NCBI RefSeq assembly: GCF_006345805.1
Contig: NC_043018.1
Coordinates: 7,192,001-7,256,000 of the forward strand
Length of the DNA stretch: 64,000 nt
Direction: 5' to 3'
Origin: Octopus sinensis
Taxonomy: Eukaryota
Below the pieces are notes generated by a model. That model made no database searches and had not been told where the DNA came from. It saw nothing but the letters and a program-made list of their open reading frames with translations. The number at the start of each line of letters is the position of its first letter. Position 1 is the stretch's first letter. A program made the position numbers and the translations under genes. This document shows positions 25,340 through 38,745 of this stretch, piece after piece.

Positions 25340-25790
25340 TGCGTGTGTATGGAGGGGAGAAAATCAGGTGTAGCGGTGACGAATCTCAGGAAGCATGGAA
25401 GTTTTGAAGGATGCAGTGCTCCGACAACTAACAACCAATGCCAGCAGTTTGTTCCATATTTCAGCAACTCTTAGCGTGAAAAAATGTTTCCGAAAGTCAT
25501 GGGAGCTGTGCTGTTTTCTGACTTTGTAGATATGTCCACAGGTGTTAGACAGGTGGAGTTTGAAAAGGTGCTCAGAGTTTCTTCTGTTTTTAATTATTTA
25601 AATTCTACCTTTGAAGAAGGATGCAGTGCTCTGACAACTAACAACCGATGCTGGCAGTTTGTTCTATGCTTCAGCAACTCTTAGCGTCAAAAAATTTTTC
25701 CGAAAGCCATGGGAGCTGTGCTGTTTTCTGACTTTGTAAACATGTCCACGGGTGTTAGACGGGTGGAGTTTGAAAAGGTGCTCAGAGTTA
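25340..25790 (-). mobile_element. CR1-like LINE 3' end, tandemly duplicated with a 210-bp period
   Basis: CGHIYKVRKQHSSHDFRKHFFTLRVAEIWNKL...SFK motif; copies start at 25409 and 25619. Confidence 0.8.
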
Positions 25791-26084
25791 TTGTTAGTAA
25801 GATGGTTAATCATTTTATTGGTGTCTGCCAAGTCAGTTGCCAGAGTCTGAAATCACATGATATGGATGTATCTGTTTACTTCATTTTGTGAGTATATCTC
25901 ACCATGGAAGGTTGCTTTAGTTCACTCCATTTCTTTTCGTCAGTTCATGAGGTTAGTGCTTTGTGTGGCTATTCAAGTTGTTTTTGACTCTTATTTCTAA
26001 TAATTACAGTTAATAATTTGTACCCTTATTTATTAGCTTACCTTTAAGTTTTAATTGCTAACGGTCCATCTGTATTATAATATA

Positions 26085-26305
26085 TTTCAAGTATATATAT
26101 ATATATATATTTTAGTATACATATATATATATATGTATATATTTCGAGTATATGTATATATATATATGTATGTATATATATATGTATATATATATATATG
26201 TATTATATATATGTATGTATATATGTATGTATGTATATATATATGTATGTATATATATATGTGTATGTATATATGTATGTATATATATATGTAGTATATA
26301 TATAT

Positions 26306-26338
<33 letters not shown>

Positions 26339-26466
26339 GATGTATATTATATATCTATGTATGTATACATATATTATATAATATGTATGTATACATATAT
26401 ATATATATATATAAGTGTATGTATACATATTATTATATATATCTATATACATATGTATGTATACAT

Positions 26467-26556
<90 letters not shown>

Positions 26557-26574
26557 ACATCTATAATATATATC

Positions 26575-26607
<33 letters not shown>

Positions 26608-26632
26608 ACATATATATAATATATATATATGT

Positions 26633-26681
<49 letters not shown>

Positions 26682-26790
26682 CATACATATATATATATTA
26701 TATATATGATATATATAGTATGTATACATATATATATATATATACATATGTATATTTACATATATATATATATATATATATGTATATTAC
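26085..26790. repeat. Long imperfect (TA)n/(TATG)n field
   Basis: Direct reading. Confidence 0.97.
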
Positions 26791-27389
26791 ACGTATAGCT
26801 CTTCATCGGGTTACTGTTTTAAGCTCAGCATGACCAGATAATTGAGTAACAAACATCTTGCTTGATAAGAATGCATTTAAATTTAAATTTAGATGATTTA
26901 TGTGCTTTCCTAAGCGCTTTGCCTGGTTTTACTCTGCTAATATAAACAACTTGTTTATGCCATTACTTACACATTTTCTCACTTCAAATTACCTTGCAAA
27001 TAACTTATCACGACTTGACCCTTGTGTTTTAGTTCTTTCTTTGTTCAACCTATGTATCTCCTTTCTTTGCTAATTCTTAATAACATTGAGATAAGAAAAA
27101 AATGTTAATTCAAATGAAGACAGTTAAGGATTATATTTCTTTACAAGAAAATGTTTACGATAAAATCCATAAAGCCGCAATCAGTCTTCCTTTTAACTAT
27201 CAAATTCCTCACTTAGCTACATCTTTTATCTGTCTTCATCATGTCAAATTCCTTATAAATTCTTTAAAACTAATTCATTTATGCCTTCTATTTTTGTAGC
27301 CGTTAATTTTAATAATAATTTTCTTTTTTTATACGATTTTGTTCCAAACAAGACTTGAGGCCCAGTTCTAGCTTAAGGGAATACAAAGA

Positions 27390-27665
27390 AAGGAAAGGAA
27401 GGGGCCTATAGATTCATATGATGTCAAGTGGCAGAAAGCTTAAAGAAGTGAATATCATAGACTAGAGGAAAACAAGACAATGGTAAGTGACTTCCAGAGG
27501 GCAATGTTTCGAGGAAAGAAGCTGTTAGAATAAAAATTACTTATGACTAACCGGAAGCTTGATGGGGAAACAGTAAGTCTAGGAAAAGAAGCGGTTGACA
27601 CGTTTAAATGTTTTGGCAGAGAGTTCAGACCTTAAAGTTCATCAGAGCAATGACCATGGAAATAC
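27390..27665 (-). mobile_element. Degenerate non-LTR retrotransposon RT C-terminal fragment
   Basis: YFHGHCSDEL and NSFFPRNIALW-like residues. Confidence 0.6.
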
Positions 27666-27667
27666 TC

Positions 27668-28133
27668 TCTTTACTCTTTTACTTGTTTCAGTCATTTGAC
27701 TGTGGCCATGCTGGAGCACCGTCTTTAGTCGAGCAGATTGACTCCAGGACTTATTCTTTCTAAGCTTAGTACTTATTCTATTGGTCTGTTTTGCTGAACC
27801 ACTAAGTTACAGATACGTAAACACACCAGTATCGGTTGTCAAGCGATGTTGGGGAGACAAACACAGGCACACAAACATACACACACACATACATATATAC
27901 TTTGATACTTTGATACTTTGATAGGTTTCGGCCATTATTGGCCCAGGCCATGTCTAACTTAATAGCACCCGACAGGCTTCTTTCAGTTTCCATCTACCAA
28001 ATCCACTCACAATGCTTTGGTCGGCCCGAGGCTATAGTAGAAGACACTTGCCCAAGGTGCCACGCAGTGGGACTGAACTTGGAACCATGTGGTTGGTAAG
28101 CAAGCTACTTATCACACAGCCACTCCTGCGCCT
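27668..28133 (-). mobile_element. SINE family B with an internal insert
   Basis: Head and tail motifs; (ATACTTTG)3 plus unique sequence in the central tract. Confidence 0.85.
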
Positions 28134-28136
28134 ATG

Positions 28137-28710
28137 GAAAATACTTATAGAAAAGACACAATGAAGTTAAATTTCCATAAAAGACACAATGAAGTTAAAT
28201 TTCCATGATGAGTCAAAGACTCCAATCCAGTAAAAAGAAGAGAAACCACCGTGTTGACTTGATTCTGAATTCGAATGCATGATGATGGTAGTGATTTCCC
28301 GATAGCAGCACTTTGAGGAAAGAAGCTTTTAGAAATCAAGGATTTGTGACTAACGGGAAGCTCAACATAGAAATACTGCGTCCAGGAAAAAGAGCAGAGC
28401 AGAAAGTTCATTAAAGCAATTCCCTTGAAAATACTTATAGAAAAGACACAAGTGAGATAGATTTCGATGATGAGTGAAAGGCTCCAAACTGGTTGAAAGA
28501 AGAGGAATCACCATGTTGAGAACTTGATGCTGAATTCGATCAAGCAGGTTAAGACAATCAGAGGAATCAGTTTGAATTTGACAGAAATGTTCAATGCAAG
28601 GTCAAATGGTAGCCTAACCGAAGTAGTGGAAACTTACAGGAATAAGAAATTTATGAGCACAGAAGAAAGAGCCAAACTTCTTGGCAGCCAGACATGGACT
28701 GAAATATAGA
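28137..28710 (-). mobile_element. Degenerate LINE RT C-terminal fragments with internal duplications
   Basis: LLDRIQHQV...SLEPFTHHRNLSHLCLFYKYFQGNCFNEL; 30-bp direct duplication at ~28148-28206. Confidence 0.7.
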
Positions 28711-29063
28711 TTAATTGAAATAATTTATTTAAGAATCGGTCTGAACAGGTCACTTCTCTTTTCCAAACAAATTTATTATTCATTTTTTAATTTTTATCTT
28801 TTACTAGTTCCAGTCTTTAGACTGCGACCATGTTGGGGCACCGGCTTCAAGAATGAATTTTAGACAAATGAATCTGCCCCGGTACTTTTTTTAAGTACAA
28901 GTACATATTATAAAGGTTCATTTTGCCAAACCGTTGTGTTAGGGGGATGTAAACATACAAACACAAGTTGTCAAGCGGTGGTGGTGAACAAACACACACA
29001 CACACACACACATATATGCATAATTCCTCCGTCTTCCCTTCTCTGGATCTTTCCTTCTCCTAT

Positions 29064-29098
29064 GTTTCCGATGAAGAGCTCCACTCAAAACGTTAAAC
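29064..29098 (+). ncRNA. Degenerate minimal hammerhead in a PLE-like terminal fragment
   Basis: GTTT-CCGATGA-A-GAGC-TCC-ACTC-AAAAC-GT-T-AAAC; stem I intact, G12 mutated. Confidence 0.5.
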
Positions 29099-29629
29099 CC
29101 TCCTTCTTTCCTGAGCGTCCAATAATACTATATTTGTTCCATGTCCTCGCGTTGTTGTGTTTTTTGTGCTTTCTTGTTTGGATTAACTTAATACATATAT
29201 GTATATGTGTATACATACAGTTTCCAACCACCAAATCCATTCACAAGACTTTGGCCGGCCCGCGACTATAGAAGAAGACACTTGACCCATGTGTCATGCA
29301 GTGGGAGTGAACCCGGCATCATGTGATTGAGAAGCAAACTTCTTACCACACAGCCGCACCTGTGCTTATTCATGGTCAAATATCACACCAATATATATTC
29401 TATTCTTTTACTTGTTTCAGTCATTTGACTGCAGCCATGCTGGAACACTGCTCTGAAGGGTTTTATTCTAACAAATCGACACAAGGACTTTTTTTTAAGC
29501 TTAGTGCTTATTCTTATCGGCCTCTGAACCCTTTAAGTTGCGGATACATAAACACACCAACATCAGTTGTCAATCAGGGGTGAGGACAAACACAGACACA
29601 AAGCTTCTTACCACACAGCCACACTTGTG

Positions 29630-29673
<44 letters not shown>

Positions 29674-30916
29674 TGTATGTATGTTTATGTATAAATTTTA
29701 TCCAATTTTCATGCGTGAAAAGATATGTGCTGCACAATTAAATAAAAAATTATGTGTGTGTGTGCGTGCATGCATTTATATTGATATAAACATATCAATT
29801 CTATTTCACTGCTTTTTATTATTATTATTTATCAAACAATTAACTGATTGAGTGCATAATTAATCGTTCATAGAATATGGTGGCAACAAACATAGTCAGA
29901 AACTTCCTCACACAAGTCAATACCTACTTCCCATGTTCACATGATTAGCACAAAATTTTCATCGGGAATATTGTCAAAGTCAGTTACAGTTGTCTCTCCA
30001 GGCCTCAACTGCAACAGAAAAATATCAACTCAAGGAACACACCCTACACAAGGATTATGTAACTTCAGATCCATGAAAACTTGTCCTCTGAACAGCAAAG
30101 CCTTCAGAAGGTTTTAATATACAGAGTTGGATTCTCCCATGCAGACAACACAATAAAGACCTATATAACATTCATGGAAACACCTTTAAGAAAATTTTCA
30201 CACAACGTAGAGCTAGACAGAAGCAAGTGTAATACGTCATTATTATCCAAAATTTGTATAGAATTTAAAGGATCATGGAGATGATAATCTAACCCAAAAT
30301 TGGTGTATTGTTGCTAAAACCAACAAATATTATGGGAGGGGCAGTCAATGCAATCTGTGTTTAAGAGAGAAGTTAGATATATTGACTTAATAGTTATTGC
30401 ACTCAACATTAGTGACAAAACATTTTCCAGCTTTTTCATTGAAACAGTCAACCAAAATATCACTTTTTAACACCACCACATTAAAATGAAGAAAACCATT
30501 TTATATTTTATATTTTGTCATTTTTATAGTGCACTTTTTGCAGCTTGTTGTAAATAATATAAATACAAATTGAATGTTTACCAATATCCACCACCTAAAA
30601 TATTTTGTGAGCTTATATATCTACAACAGGCAGTAAAAGAACATGAGTGTGATCTTAAAACGTCCCCCCACCTGCTTCAGCTTGCCACACATACACTTCC
30701 TCATGCATAAAACATTGTAAACCTTACACATGACTATTAATCAAGCATGAAGAAGCAGCACTGTGATGGTTTAACGATTGCACTATTTGAACAATAGCCA
30801 ATTTGGTAGCAAGAGAGTCTGCTACAACATTCGTAAAACAGAAACCACAGACATACGTATATATGTATGCACATACACTTAGGTACTCCTTTATATGACT
30901 ATATTTACCAGGAATA

Positions 30917-31270
30917 TTATCATCATCATCATTTAGCGTCTGCTTTCCATGCTAGTATGGGTTGGACGGTTCAGCTGGGGTCTGGGAAACTAGAAGGCTG
31001 CACCAGGCCCAGTCTGATCTGGCAATGTTTCTACGGCTGGATGCCCTTCCTAACACCAACCACTCCATGAGTGTAGTGGGTGCTTTTTACGTGCCACCAG
31101 CACAGGTGCCAGGGGAGGCTGGAAAACGGCCACGATCGGATGGTGCTTTTTATGTGCCAGGCAAGACTGGCAATGGCCACGATCGGATGGCGCTTTTTAC
31201 GTGCCATCGGCACGGAGGCCCGTTGGGGGCGGCGGCACTGGTATCACAGCTACAATTTCCATTGATGTTG
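30917..31270 (-). mobile_element. SINE-like family D
   Basis: CATCATCATTTAGCGTCTGCTTTCCATGC start; internal repeats. Confidence 0.8.
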
Positions 31271-33003
31271 ATCGATTTCGATTTTGATATGTGTATATAT
31301 ATTCTATAAATATTGTAATTTGTGCTACAATTCTAATGTGTAACGGTCTTAGTTTGCCACAACACCAAGTCAGATGAATAACCAATATGAGAGGGAATGC
31401 CTCCACAGACCAGTGCACTACACATGCTGTGTGCACGTGTGTGCACGTGTGTGCACGTGTGTGCACGTGTGTGTGCTTGTGTGAACATGCACATCCATAC
31501 ATACACACATAAACACACTTTGGTCCAATGGTAGAATGCCTGTTATGTTTATAGAAGATGTGGCTTGGAGTCCCAATGGGATTTTAACCCAGTATTTACA
31601 AGCTATTATTTATAGCTTTCTCTGCTTCGAGTTCTACAGTTTGAAATTAATTATTTCATGTCTCACAATGTTTCGAAATTCTTCTGACATAAACAACACA
31701 CCATTTTTGCAAGTAAGAACAAAGCTTTCAAAATGGATAGAGAAATTCAAAGGATTGTTTTGGTCCAACAGTCATGCTTACAGAAGATGAGTTCTTGTTC
31801 TATAGGCAGCCTTTGACTTTTTCTATCCAAAGGGGATTTTAACCCAATAATTATACACTATTATTTATAGCTTTATCTACTTCAAGTTCCACTGGTAAAG
31901 ACGAATTATTTCACATATCTAGAAGTTTCTAAACTTTTATTAGATAGATAGATAGACAGGCAGACAAACAGAGAGAGATAGACTGCTAGACAGATATTCA
32001 TATACAACACTCATACACATTTTGGCAAGAGTGCACACATAAACTAATAAATTCATCTCAGCCCTGATGCTGCAATATATTGTATTACCAATACAACGGT
32101 ATGTGTTTCCATCTACAAACATGTATTTCTGTCCAAAACTCGGGTGATGTACCAGTTGCATAATTATTCATTTCGTTATTAGCTATCAATCATCAAACCA
32201 AAATTCTGTCAAAACAGGAGTATTCCCCAAACACCATTTATGGCTATTATACAGTTCAAGAGAAGCAATCAATACTACAGTCCTTGGATGATTGCTTCCT
32301 TTCACTTACTTATCTAGACTCTTGGTTTTGTATCGTCTGTGCTCTTCTGAAATCTCTTATTTCATTCTCATCCAGTGATAGTGGCATGGTTACCACTACT
32401 ATTCAAACTATGATTGAATGATTACAGAAAAACTTGCATGAAACCATTGGTATCGTATTGACAGTTTTCTACTATTTAAAGAAATTATTTATTAATCAAT
32501 GGGCCAACGAGATGTTGATCACTCATTCTTTTAGTTCATTACTAATGTGTGGATAGTGTATGTGTGTGTGAATCAATGTGCATGAGCATATACAGACAAA
32601 CAGCTAGATAGATAGATGCGAGCGCAGCTGTATGGTAAGAAGCGTGCTACCCAACCAAGTGACCAAGGTGCACTACACCTTGGTCAAGTGTCTTGTACTT
32701 TAGATGACCAAAGCATTGAGCAGGTTGTTCAGCAAGAAATTTCAGAACACTCATCTCTTGTCTACAATAGAAGAGTCCACAAAAATATATATACATATAT
32801 ATATATATGTCGTTGTCCTGTATGTTAGCTATTCCTAGTGGCTTTTTGCAAATGGTGCCACCTGAGTGAACGATATCAATGATAATGGTGCAAAATTGTT
32901 ATGATCTCTCGGATGTTGACTGATGAGGGATTAGCTACGAATTTTCTATTTGTTATGGTTTTGTCAAATTTTTCTGCTATGTTAAATCCTTGAAATATAT
33001 ATA

Positions 33004-33038
<35 letters not shown>

Positions 33039-33199
33039 TGGGGGCAGTGTAAATAGGAATAAATTATCCTGGCAGATATCGAATTAGCTCACAAACTCTT
33101 ATAGTACTCAAGCTTAAAAGACACTGGTACTTCTAAGCATCATTTGTTGGGTAGTACTGTGTTCCTATTCAGAACTGCAAATATTCTGTAGAATATATT

Positions 33200-33540
33200 C
33201 TGAGACCCCCTTCGGTCACGACACAGACCATGGGATTGCACCTAGAAAGTTACCCTCTCAGGCACAAGTCCAGGCAAGGTTGTTTATGGAAGACCAGCAG
33301 TTGCCGACACATACCAGTGTCCGCTCTCCACACCACCAGTGTTATCCAAGGGAGAAGCAAGGGCTGATACAGCTTGACACCTATGACATCGCAACCCATT
33401 TCTACAGCTGAGTGAACTGGAGCAATGTGAAATAAAGTCTCTTGCTCAAGAACACAACATGCAGCCTGGTCTGGGATTCGAGCTCAGAACCTCACGATTG
33501 TAAGCTCGACGCTCTGACCATTGAGGCATGCGCCTTCACT
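33200..33540 (-). mobile_element. CORE-type SINE
   Basis: tRNA-like head at ~33480-33540; CTTGAGCAAGAGACTTTATTTCACATTGCTCCAGTTCACTCAGCTG resembles the CORE domain. Confidence 0.7.
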
Positions 33541-33929
33541 GTAGTGTATATAACTGATAACTAATAAGAGTGTGGAGATTTATACACATCCAAAACGTTT
33601 TTATTAGAAAAGTTTTCTACAGCATATATAACAATGACCGACATGTTTCTTCTGCATTGACTGCACATTACTCTGTATGCAATTTGGCATTCTAAGTACT
33701 ACAATTTCATCAAGGGTCCATCACTCACAATGCTTTCAACAAGCGTCCTGCATTGGTATTCAGCTGAAGGTTATAGTGTTGCGTTTTAAACCAAATGGAA
33801 TTCTGGTCAAATAATCACCTCTACTCGTATTACAGTTGAAGTGTTGTTTTAAAAAAAAAATGGGGTGTGTATAAATCTCCTCGACTCCAAGAGTTTTTCT
33901 ATTCCCTCTCTGTTTATTCCCACATGTTC

Positions 33930-33965
33930 CTTTCTGTTGAAGAGCTTAGGCTCGAAACGTAAAAG
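33930..33965 (+). ncRNA. Minimal PLE-type hammerhead motif (A6>U variant)
   Basis: CTTT-CTGTTGA-A-GAGC-TTAG-GCTC-GAAAC-GT-A-AAAG. Confidence 0.6.
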
Positions 33966-34055
33966 ACTTTCTCACCTTCCTGAGTGTCAAACTAATAAAC
34001 CTACTTGTTGTTTATACACCTGTCTTCGTCTTTTGTTTTTCTGTAAATTTCAAAT

Positions 34056-37000
34056 CGCCCCGTACCCCCTTTATCATTAATGTGAACACATATTCTTAAT
34101 AATTGGTACGACTCTCTGTTTGTCTCTCTCTCTCTCTCATTTTTACTTTCTCTCTATTCATCTTCTCTTTCCTCTGATCCTTTGATCTAGTCTTCCACTA
34201 CCCTCCTATTTCTTTGTCTCGCTCTGCACTCACAGGTCATTCTTCGACACCCATCCCTTCTCCTCTCTGATTCCTTCTTTCTCTCTCTTCTCTCTCTTTG
34301 TTGCGTTTTGTCCCCCTTTTCTCTCTCTCTCTTCTCTGTCACGTGACTGTTGGCCAAAATCTGCCTTTCAGCTCCTGACCCTCGTCGTGTTAACATCGTT
34401 GTTCTTCGTCCGCCGCTATAAAGGCTTTTTCCAATGCACCAGAGAAAAAATTTGTTTGCTTGTTATCAGTCGTAAGACACTTGTTTTCACCGTTAATGCT
34501 TCTGTATTTCATGTTTCTGTATTCCATTATTGTTTTTGTTTTTTTTTTTTTATATCTGTCCCTTTTGCTGTCCTGGTGTTCGTATGCATTCGATCCTTCT
34601 TCCAGGAAATATACGGCGCTTCCAGCTTAGTTTTTCTTGAGGGCTGGCCGTGATTAGTAATCTCAAGATTAATCAGCCGAAATTACTACGATTGATCCGG
34701 TTCTTGAATGAAGACTGAGGGGTTCGAATGTCCTGTCCATGTTTATGTATCGTCTTCTATGAGTTATACGTTCTTGTCCATGTTGTATTTTTTACATACC
34801 TTAACATATATTCCAGGCGCCCCGTACCCCCTTTATCATTAATGTGAACACATATTCTTAATAATGGTACGATCTCTGTTTGTCTCTCTCTCTTCTCATT
34901 TTTACTTTCTCTCTATCATCTCTCTTTCCTCTGATCCTTTGATCTAGTCTTCCACTACCTCCTATTTCTTTGTCTCGCTCTGCACTCACAGGTCATTCTT
35001 CGACACCCATCTCCTTTCTCCTCTTGATTCCTTCTTTCTCTCTCTTCTCTCTCTTGTTGCGTTTTGTCCCCCTTTTATCTCTCTCTCTTCTCTGTCACGT
35101 GACTGTTGGCCAAAATCTGCCTTTAGAGTCCTGACCTCGTCGTGTTAACATCGTTGTTCTTCGTCCGCCGCTATAAAGGCTTTTTCCAATGGCCAGAGAA
35201 AAAATTTGTTTAATTGTTATCAGTCGTAAGACACTTGTTGTTTTCACCGTTAATGCTTCTGTATTTCATGTTTCTGTATTCCATTATTGTTTTTTGTTTT
35301 TTTTTTTTTTATATCTGTCCCTTTTGCTGTCTGGTGTTATGTATGCATTCGATCCTTCTTCCAGGAAATCTACGCTTCCAGCTTAGTTTTTCTTGGAGGG
35401 GCCTGGCCGGATCTAGTAATCTCAAGATTAATCAGCCGAAATTACTACGATGATCCGGTTCTTGACTGAAGACTGAGGGGTCGAATGTCCTGTCCATGTT
35501 TATTGTATCGTCTTTATGAGTTATACGTTCTTGTCCATGTTGATTTTTTCTACATACCTTAACATATATTCCAGGCGCCCCGTACCCCCTTATCATTATG
35601 TGAACACATATTCTTAATAATTGGTACGACTCTCTGTTTGTCTCTCTCTCTCTCTCATTTTTACTTTCTCTCTATTCATCTTCTCTTCCTCTGATCCTTT
35701 GATCTAGTCTTCACTACCACCTTCTATTTCTTTGTCTCGCTCTGCACTCACAGGTCATATCTTCGGACACCATCCTTCTCCCTCTGATTCCTTCTTTCTC
35801 TCTCTCTTCTCTCTCTTTGTTGCGTTTTGTCCCCCTTTTCTCTCTCTCTCTCTCTGTCACGTGACTGTTGGCCAAAATCTGCCTTTCAGCTCCTGACCCT
35901 CGTCGTGTTAACATCGTTGTTCTTCGTCCGCCGCTATAAAGGCTTTTTCCAATGCGCCAGAGAAAAAATTTGTTTGCTTGTTATCAGTCGTAAGACACTT
36001 GTTGTTTTCACCGTTAATGCTTCTGTATTTCATGTTTCTGTATTCCATTATTGTTTTTGTTTTTTGTTTTTTTATATCTGTCCCTTTTGCTGTCCTGGTG
36101 TTGTATGCATTCGATCCTTCTTCCAGGAAATCTACGCTTCCAGCTTAGTTTTTCTTGGAGGGCTGGCCGTGATCTAGTAATCTCAAGATTAATCAGCCGA
36201 AATTACTACGATGATCCGGTTCTTGACTGAAGACTGAGGGGTTCGGAATGTCTGTCCATGTTTATTGTATCGTCTTCTATGAGTTATACGTTCTTGTCCA
36301 TGTGTTGTATTTTCTACATACCTTAACATATATTCCAGGCGCCCCGTACCCCCTTTATCATTAATGTGAACACATATTCTTAATAATGGTACGACTCTCT
36401 GTTTGTCTCTCTCTCTCTCTCATTTTTACTTTCTCTCTATTCATCTTCTCTTTCTCTGATCCTTTGATCTAGTCTTCCACTACCCTCCTATTTCTTTGTC
36501 TCGCTCTGCACTCACAGGTCATTCTTCGACACCATCCCTTCTCCTCTCGATTCCTTCTCTTTCTCTTCTCTCTCTTTGTTGCGTTTTGTCCCCCTTTTCT
36601 CTCTCTCTCTTCTCTGTCACGTGACTGTTGGCCAAAATCTGCCTTTCAGCTCCTGACCCTCGTCGTGTTAACATCGTTGTCTTCGTCCGCCGCTATAAAG
36701 GCTTTTTCCAATGCGCCAGAGAAAAAATTGTTTGCTTGTTATCAGTCGTAAGACACTTGTTGTTTTCACCGTTAATGCTTCTGTATTTCATGTTTCTGTA
36801 TTCCATTATTGTTTTTTGTTTTTTGTTTTTTTATATCTGTCCCTTTTGCTGTCCTGGTGTTCGTATGCATTCGATCCTTCTTCCAGGAAATCTACGCTTC
36901 CAGCTTAGTTTTTCTTGGAGGGCTGGCCGTGATCTAGTAATCTCAAGATTAATCAGCCGAAATTACTACGATGATCCGGTTCTTGACTGAAGACTGAGGG

Positions 37001-38613
37001 GTTCGAATGTCCTGTCCATGTTTATTGTATCGTCTTCTATGAGTTATACGTTCTTGTCCATGTTGTATTTTTCTACATACCTTAACATATATTCCAGGCG
37101 CCCCGTACCCCCTTTATCATTAATGTGAACCATATTCTTAATAATTGGTACGACTCTCTGTTTGTCTCTCTCTCTCTCATTTTTACTTTCTCTCTATTCA
37201 TCTTCTCTTTCCTCTGATCCTTTGATCTAGTCTTCCACTACCCTCCTATTTCTTTGTCTCGCTCTGCACTCACAGGTCATTCTTCGACACCCATCCCTTC
37301 TCCTCTCTGATTCCTTCTTTCTCTCTCTTCTCTCTCTTTGTTGCGTTTTGTCCCCCTTTTCTCTCTCTCTCTTCTCTGTCACGTGACTGTTGGCCAAAAT
37401 CTGCCTTTCAGCTCCTGACCCTCGTCGTGTTAACATCGTTGTTCTTCGTCCGCCGCTATAAAGGCTTTTTCCAATGCGCCAGAGAAAAAATTTGTTTACT
37501 TGTTATCAGTCGTAAGACACTTGTTGTTTTCACCGTTAATGCTTCTGTATTTCATGTTTCTGTATTCCATTATTGTTTTTTGTTTTTTTTTTTTATATCT
37601 GTCCCTTTTGCTGTCCTGGTGTTCGTATGCATTCGATCCTTCTTCCAGGAAATCTACGCTTCCAGCTTAGTTTTTTTGGAGGGCTGGCCGTGATCTAGTA
37701 ATCTCAAGATTAATCAGCCGAAATTACTACGATGATCCGGTTCTTGACTGAAGACTGAGGGGTTCGAATGTCCTGTCCATGTTTATTGTATCGTCTTCTA
37801 TGAGTTATACGTTCTTGTCCATGTTGTATTTTTCTACATACCTTAACATATATTCCAGGCGCCCCGTACCCCCTTTATCATTAATGTGAACACATATCTT
37901 AATAATTGGTACGACTCTCTGTTTGTCTCTCTCTCTCTCTCATTTTTACTTTCTCTCTATTCATCTTCTCTTTCCTCTGATCTTTGATCTAGTCTTCCAC
38001 TACCCTCCTATTTCTTTGTCTCGCTCTGCACTCACAGGTCATTCTTCGACACCCATCCCTCTCCTCTCTGATTCCTTCTTTCTCTCTCTTCTCTCTCTTT
38101 GTTGCGTTTTGTCCCCCTTTTCTCTCTCTCTCTTCTCTGTCACGTGACTGTTGGCCAAAATCTGCCTTTCAGCTCCTGACCTCGTCGTGTGTTAACATCG
38201 TTGTTCTTCGTCCGCCGCTATAAAGGCTTTTTCCAATGCGCCAGAGAGAAAAAATTTGTTTGCTTGTTATCAGTCGTAAGACACTTGTTGTTTTCACCGT
38301 TAATGCTTCTGTATTTCATGTTTCTGTATTCCATTATTGTTTTTTGTTTTTTGTTTTTTTATATCTGTCCCTTTTGCTGTCCTGGTGTTCGTATGCATTC
38401 GATCCTTCTTCCAGGAAATCTACGCTTCCAGCTTAGTTTTTCTTGGAGGGCTGGCCGTGATCTAGTAATCTCAAGATTAATCAGCCGAAATTACTACGAT
38501 GATCCGGTTCTTGACTGAAGACTGAGGGGTTCGAATGTCCTGTCCATGTTTATTGTATCGTCTTCTATGAGTTATACGTTCTTGTCCATGTTGTATTTTT
38601 CTACATACCTTAA
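34056..38613 (+). repeat. Tandem array of six ~760 bp units
   Basis: CGCCCCGTACCCCC at 34056, 34818, 35576, 36340, 37099 and 37860; units differ mostly by small indels. Confidence 0.97.
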
Positions 38614-38707
38614 TATATATATATATATATATATAGGGAAAGTTTACGAAAACAGGTGGTGTACAAACAAACAGATGTATTAGTATAGCGCTCAGGAATA
38701 GAAAAAG

Positions 38708-38745
38708 TCTTTTACGTTTCGAGCCTAAGCTCTTCTACAGAAGAG
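38708..38745 (-). ncRNA. Minimal PLE-type hammerhead motif, inverted relative to 33930-33965
   Basis: CTGTAGA-A-GAGC-TTAG-GCTC-GAAAC-GT-A-AAAGA; weak stem I. Confidence 0.5.

Noticed and set aside
24207-26798. Many YI/IY-repeat ORFs (also at 22.2, 41, 43 and 61.5 kb)
   Set aside because: Translations of (TA)n and (CA)n tracts
31940-32161. ORF MQLVHHPSFGQKYMFVDGNTYRC..., faint FLYWCH-like look
   Set aside because: Key W/C/H residues are missing and there is no splice support
37680-37780. Canonical hammerhead inside the 760 bp unit
   Set aside because: GAAA and CTGAAGA are present, but no valid stem I and core combination was found in any topology; kept only as a conserved-motif finding
34187-38518. 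Recurrent 65-120 aa ORFs in the 760 bp array
   Set aside because: Frames shift between units, composition is low-complexity and no domain motif is present
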